Positions 60,276 through 64,000 of a DNA stretch of 64,000 nucleotides are shown here, one piece after another (positions within the stretch are counted from its first letter, which is position 1; each line of letters starts with the position of its first letter). The translations under genes and the position numbers were made by a program. Source of the DNA: Candidatus Cloacimonadales bacterium (GTDB lineage Bacteria; Cloacimonadota; Cloacimonadia; Cloacimonadales; JAFGVF01); contig CAXXJV010000001.1 in the NCBI GenBank assembly GCA_963663475.2, forward strand, positions 288,001-352,000, read 5' to 3'. Under the pieces are notes generated by a model. The model did not search any database. It had not been told where the DNA came from and saw only the letters and a program-made list of their open reading frames with translations.

Positions 60276-60303
60276 TATTTTTATCTGTGGTTCAATTCTC
60301 TTT

Positions 60304-62187
60304 TTATTCCTTTTCTTCCAGCTCTTCTTGCCTCTCCAGCAGAGCCAGCATTTCATCTTCAAGTTGAGTCTGTTCTTCACTTATATCAGTAAAGTCTTGG
60401 TGGCTCAATTCATCTGCTTTGTTTTCAATCATATTAGAAAGTTCAAGAACTCTAAACTCTATTTGAGTCAGTCTATCATTAATTTCTTCTAATTCTTTTT
60501 TCTCTTTGAAGCTAAGTCCTTTTTTGACAGTCTTTATTTTGATTGTCTTTTCCTTTTCTTTCTCCTCTTCTTCTTCTTGGCGGAAGCGTCTTACTAAGAG
60601 ATAATCAGAATAATTTCCTGCAAATTTATTAATTTTGTTATTCTCAAAGATAAAGAGAAAGTCACAGATTCTATCTAAAAAGAAACGATCATGAGACACT
60701 ACTAAAATACAGCCATCAAAGGCATCTAAGTAGTCTTCTAAAATTTCTAAAGTTCTGATATCGAGGTCATTAGTAGGTTCATCAAGAATAATGAAATTAG
60801 CTCCGAACATGAGTGATTTCAGTAAGTGAAGTCGTTTCTTTTCTCCCCCTGAGAGAGAAGAGATTTTAGCTTGTTGCATCTTAGGTTCGAAAAGGAAGCG
60901 TTCTAACATTTCAGTTGCTGAATGAAGAACCCCGTCTTTAGTCCTAATATTTTCAGCATAAGAAGAAATATATTGGTACACAGACTTATCTTTAGGCATT
61001 TCATCAACATCTTGTTTGAAGTAGGCAAACTTAGTATTAACACCAATATTAACAGAACCCTTGCTTGGGATTAGTTCTTTGATGATAATTTTTATAAGAG
61101 TAGTTTTACCGCAGCCATTATCGCCAATGATACCTATTCTTTCAAACTTCTGGAAAATATGACTAAAGTTATTTATCAGAGCTTTCTTATCATATTGGTG
61201 AGTAATCCCGCCTAATTCTAAAATCTTCTTACCTAATCTATGGGTTTGAAAAGAGATATCCATATCTTGTTGTTCTATTAGATATGATTTATCTAGAAGT
61301 TCTTTAACTCTATCAATATGATTTTTTGGCTTAGAAGTCCTAGCTTTAGCCCCTCTTTGTAGCCATTTTAGTTCTTTAGAGAGTTGGGCTTGACGTCTGG
61401 TTTCTTTCCTCTGTCTATCAATATTTTCCATTTCTTTCTTTTCAATATAGTAAGAATAATTACCTTCATAGAAGTTAACTTTTCCTTGTTCAATTTCCAT
61501 AATCTTATTACAGATACTATCTAAGAAATAACGATCATGAGTAACAAAAATAATATTGCCTTGATAGTATGCAAGATGTTGTTGCAACCACTCTATCGAA
61601 TCAATATCAAGATGGTTAGTAGGCTCATCTAAGATAAGTAAATCAGCTTCTTTTAAGAGAATATTTGCTAGATCAACCTTTCTTTTTTGCCCTCCAGATA
61701 ACTGGCCTATCTTTTGATTAAAATCTTTTATACCAAGCTTAGTTAGGTAGGATTTAGCTTTAGCTTCAATAGACCAACCATTTAGCATTTCTATCTTTTC
61801 TGCTAAGACAGCTTGTCTTTCCCACAAATCTTGGCTTTGACTTCTGGTAAGTTGATCGCTAATTTTAAAATATTCTTTTAAGAGAACAAATTCCTTTTTA
61901 TCAGAAGAATAGATTTGTTCCATGATAGTTAAGTCATCATCTAGATTTGGATTTTGTTGAAGATAGGCTACTTTGACTTCATTTCTGAAGGTAATTTGGC
62001 CAGAATCAACCGGTTCATTTCCTGCTAAGATTCTTAAAAAAGTAGTCTTGCCACAGCCATTAACTCCGATGATACCCATCTTTTCACCTGAGTGAATTCC
62101 AAAGTTGCCATCTCTTATGATGTCCTTATCTACAAAACGTTTATTTACATTATTAACTGTTACTAATATTTCACCTATATTTATCAT
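60304..62187 (-). CDS. ABC-F family ATPase (Uup/YfmR-like)
   Basis: Two NBDs (GVNGCGKT/LSGGQ; GDNGCGKT/LSGGE), WLQRGAKARTSK linker, coiled-coil C-terminus, no TM helices. Confidence 0.92.
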   Translation of the reverse strand: MINIGEILVTVNNVNKRFVDKDIIRDGNFGIHSGEKMGIIGVNGCGKTTFLRILAGNEPVDSGQITFRNEVKVAYLQQNPNLDDDLTIMEQIYSSDKKEFVLLKEYFKISDQLTRSQSQDLWERQAVLAEKIEMLNGWSIEAKAKSYLTKLGIKDFNQKIGQLSGGQKRKVDLANILLKEADLLILDEPTNHLDIDSIEWLQQHLAYYQGNIIFVTHDRYFLDSICNKIMEIEQGKVNFYEGNYSYYIEKKEMENIDRQRKETRRQAQLSKELKWLQRGAKARTSKPKNHIDRVKELLDKSYLIEQQDMDISFQTHRLGKKILELGGITHQYDKKALINNFSHIFQKFERIGIIGDNGCGKTTLIKIIIKELIPSKGSVNIGVNTKFAYFKQDVDEMPKDKSVYQYISSYAENIRTKDGVLHSATEMLERFLFEPKMQQAKISSLSGGEKKRLHLLKSLMFGANFIILDEPTNDLDIRTLEILEDYLDAFDGCILVVSHDRFFLDRICDFLFIFENNKINKFAGNYSDYLLVRRFRQEEEEEKEKEKTIKIKTVKKGLSFKEKKELEEINDRLTQIEFRVLELSNMIENKADELSHQDFTDISEEQTQLEDEMLALLERQEELEEKE

Positions 62188-62257
62188 TTAATTCCTAATA
62201 TATTTTTATGTCCCACTAAGCTTCTAAAGTGCTTAGTAGGGTAAGCTACTTAATCAC

Positions 62258-62382
62258 TAAATGCCGACAAGGATGTCAGCGGTCTCAGTAAATGCTGACA
62301 AGGATGTCAGCGGTCTCAGTTAACTACCGACAAGGATGCCAGCGGTCCCAGTAAATGCAGACAAGGATGTCAGCCCTCCCAG
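62258..62382. repeat. REP family C, four tandem 31-32-bp units
   Basis: TAAATGCTGACAAGGATGTCAGCGGTCTCAG-like x4 with no spacers, ending at the phnE stop codon. Confidence 0.88.
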
Positions 62383-63393
62383 TTAATTATTTAAGAGTTT
62401 CTTACGTATCTCAGCAGAAACCATATCCATAAGCCAGACAGCTAATGCTATTAGCCAGACAATAGTTCCTACTCCATTCCAGTCTGTCATCTGTTGTTTT
62501 TGAAAGAGTTGCAAACCAATACCACCACCACCGACAAAACCGACAATAGTAGCCATTCTTACATTAATATCCCAGCGATAAATAGTGAATGCTAGGAAAG
62601 GATTAATAATTTGTGGTATAACAGCATATTTCCAAATTTGCAGTGTGGAAGCACCAGTAGAAGTAATTGCTTCAATAGGTCCATGATCAATATTCTCAAT
62701 TTGTTCTGAATAGAGTTTAACAAGGGCTGCGATTGAATGAATCATTAAGGCAAGCATACCAGCAAAGGGTCCTATTCCTACCCAGACAGCGAAGATAATA
62801 GCCCAAACAATAGCTTCAATTGATCTTATAATAGTAGATATTGTTCTAATAACCGCATAGATTATTCTTCCGATTAAAGACTTGTTCATTAGGTTTGAAG
62901 CAGCCAGAAAACTAAAAACAAAGGCTATAGGTACAGCAAAAACTGTTGCCATTAAAGCTAGATAAATAGTCTTAATAAGCTCAGATACCATCTTCCAAAA
63001 TATTTCTTTATCAGGAGTGAATAATCCTCTTACTATATTCTTAGTACCTGACATTCCTGTAAGAAATTCATAAGGCTCTATTTCAACCATAAACCAGCCA
63101 ACAGCTAAAGAAAGAAGGATAGCCAATGCGTAAAGATAGTGATAGAGTTTCGAGAATAGTCTTACTCGCTCATCCTTCTCTTGATAAATCCTCTTTCCAG
63201 GACTATTAGGTAGGGGGATTAGCAGAGTAAAAGCTAAAGAAGAAGCAATAAAAATATGCAAGGGACTAATATTTAATTCAAATATATAATTAATCAAATA
63301 GCCAATAGTTGACCCAAGATAAAGGGCAATACCATAATCTACCCCATTGGCAATAAATCTCTTTTTCATAATATTATCTTTTACTTTTGTCAT
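62383..63393 (-). CDS. phnE: Phosphonate/phosphite ABC permease with N-terminal RDD-like domain
   Basis: KLYSEQIENID.GPIEA, IYRWDINVRMATIVGFVGGGGIG; N-terminal RFIANGVDY...SPGKR. Confidence 0.88.
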   Translation of the reverse strand: MTKVKDNIMKKRFIANGVDYGIALYLGSTIGYLINYIFELNISPLHIFIASSLAFTLLIPLPNSPGKRIYQEKDERVRLFSKLYHYLYALAILLSLAVGWFMVEIEPYEFLTGMSGTKNIVRGLFTPDKEIFWKMVSELIKTIYLALMATVFAVPIAFVFSFLAASNLMNKSLIGRIIYAVIRTISTIIRSIEAIVWAIIFAVWVGIGPFAGMLALMIHSIAALVKLYSEQIENIDHGPIEAITSTGASTLQIWKYAVIPQIINPFLAFTIYRWDINVRMATIVGFVGGGGIGLQLFQKQQMTDWNGVGTIVWLIALAVWLMDMVSAEIRKKLLNN

Positions 63394-64000
63394 TAGCGTA
63401 TCTCCACTTCCTCAGCATCTTCCCCATAGATTTCTTTAAATTTTCCTTCATCAATATCATTTGGGTTACCTGAGAATTTTATTTTCCCATCTTTAAGGGC
63501 CAGAACTCTGGAACCATACTTTCTAGCTAGACTTAAGAAATGTAAGGAACAGACAACAGTAATTCCATCTTCTTTATTAAGAGTACCTAAATAGTTCATT
63601 ACTGAGTCAGCAGTTGCAGGATCAAGACTTGCTACAGGTTCATCAGCTAGAATAAGTTTAGGTTTTTGCATTAAAGCCCGAGCAATAGCAACTCTTTGTT
63701 GCTGTCCACCACTTAGGTTTCTAACTTTCCTATAAGCAAAATCTTGGAGTCCTACCCTTTTAAGATTCTGCATAGCTAATTCTTTCTCTTCTTTAGTCCA
63801 AGGCGAGAAAATGCCATGCTTAGACAGATTACCTGTTAAAACATTAGTTAAAACAGTAAGATTCTTTACAAGGTTAAACTGCTGAAAAATCATAGCAATA
63901 TCAGAACGGTTCTTTCTTAAGGAAGTTGAATTTGCCTTAGTAACATCATGTCCCAGAAAGTTAATCTGACCTGATGTTGGTTGGATTAATCTGTTTATAC
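63393..64000 (-). CDS. phnC: Phosphonate ABC ATP-binding protein (5' end outside window)
   Basis: Frame open to window end ([12 protein letters not shown]...[11 protein letters not shown]); [25 protein letters not shown]. Confidence 0.92.
   Translation of the reverse strand, partial: INRLIQPTSGQINFLGHDVTKANSTSLRKNRSDIAMIFQQFNLVKNLTVLTNVLTGNLSKHGIFSPWTKEEKELAMQNLKRVGLQDFAYRKVRNLSGGQQQRVAIARALMQKPKLILADEPVASLDPATADSVMNYLGTLNKEDGITVVCSLHFLSLARKYGSRVLALKDGKIKFSGNPNDIDEGKFKEIYGEDAEEVEIR

Noticed and set aside
62258-62382. Tandem 31-34-bp repeats (also 42117-42212) as a mini CRISPR array
   Set aside because: No unique spacers, units are degenerate, no cas genes; they fit REP arrays.

Overview
AT-rich bacterial chromosomal window, mostly housekeeping: purB, lgt, etfB, polysaccharide genes, a stand-alone fusA, hppA, rplM-rpsI-rpsB-tsf-pyrH-frr, dapA, rpsU-cvpA-mutS2-dnaG-rpoD, an ABC-F gene and phnC/E. 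Four secreted proteins share a C-terminal PNPxN...YNLKGQ (FlgD-Ig/T9SS-like) domain, one of them a C25 gingipain-type protease. This content suggests a Cloacimonadota-like anaerobe (inference). I saw no rRNA, tRNA or CRISPR array. The unusual material is intergenic, with several nested non-autonomous elements. (A) A ~475-bp MITE with GGC-ended 22-bp TIRs and an 8-bp target duplication carries an inverted pair of REP-like hairpin cassettes. (B) A ~163-bp MITE family duplicates TTA/TAA and often docks at stop codons. (C) A REP family has co-varying stems. (D) A 79-bp near-perfect palindrome occurs twice. One complete IS3-family element appears to be one A short at its frameshift site, and its right end is repeated 571 bp downstream. 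A candidate ~130-nt structured RNA lies between rpsU and cvpA. All family assignments come from motif recognition, not database searches.
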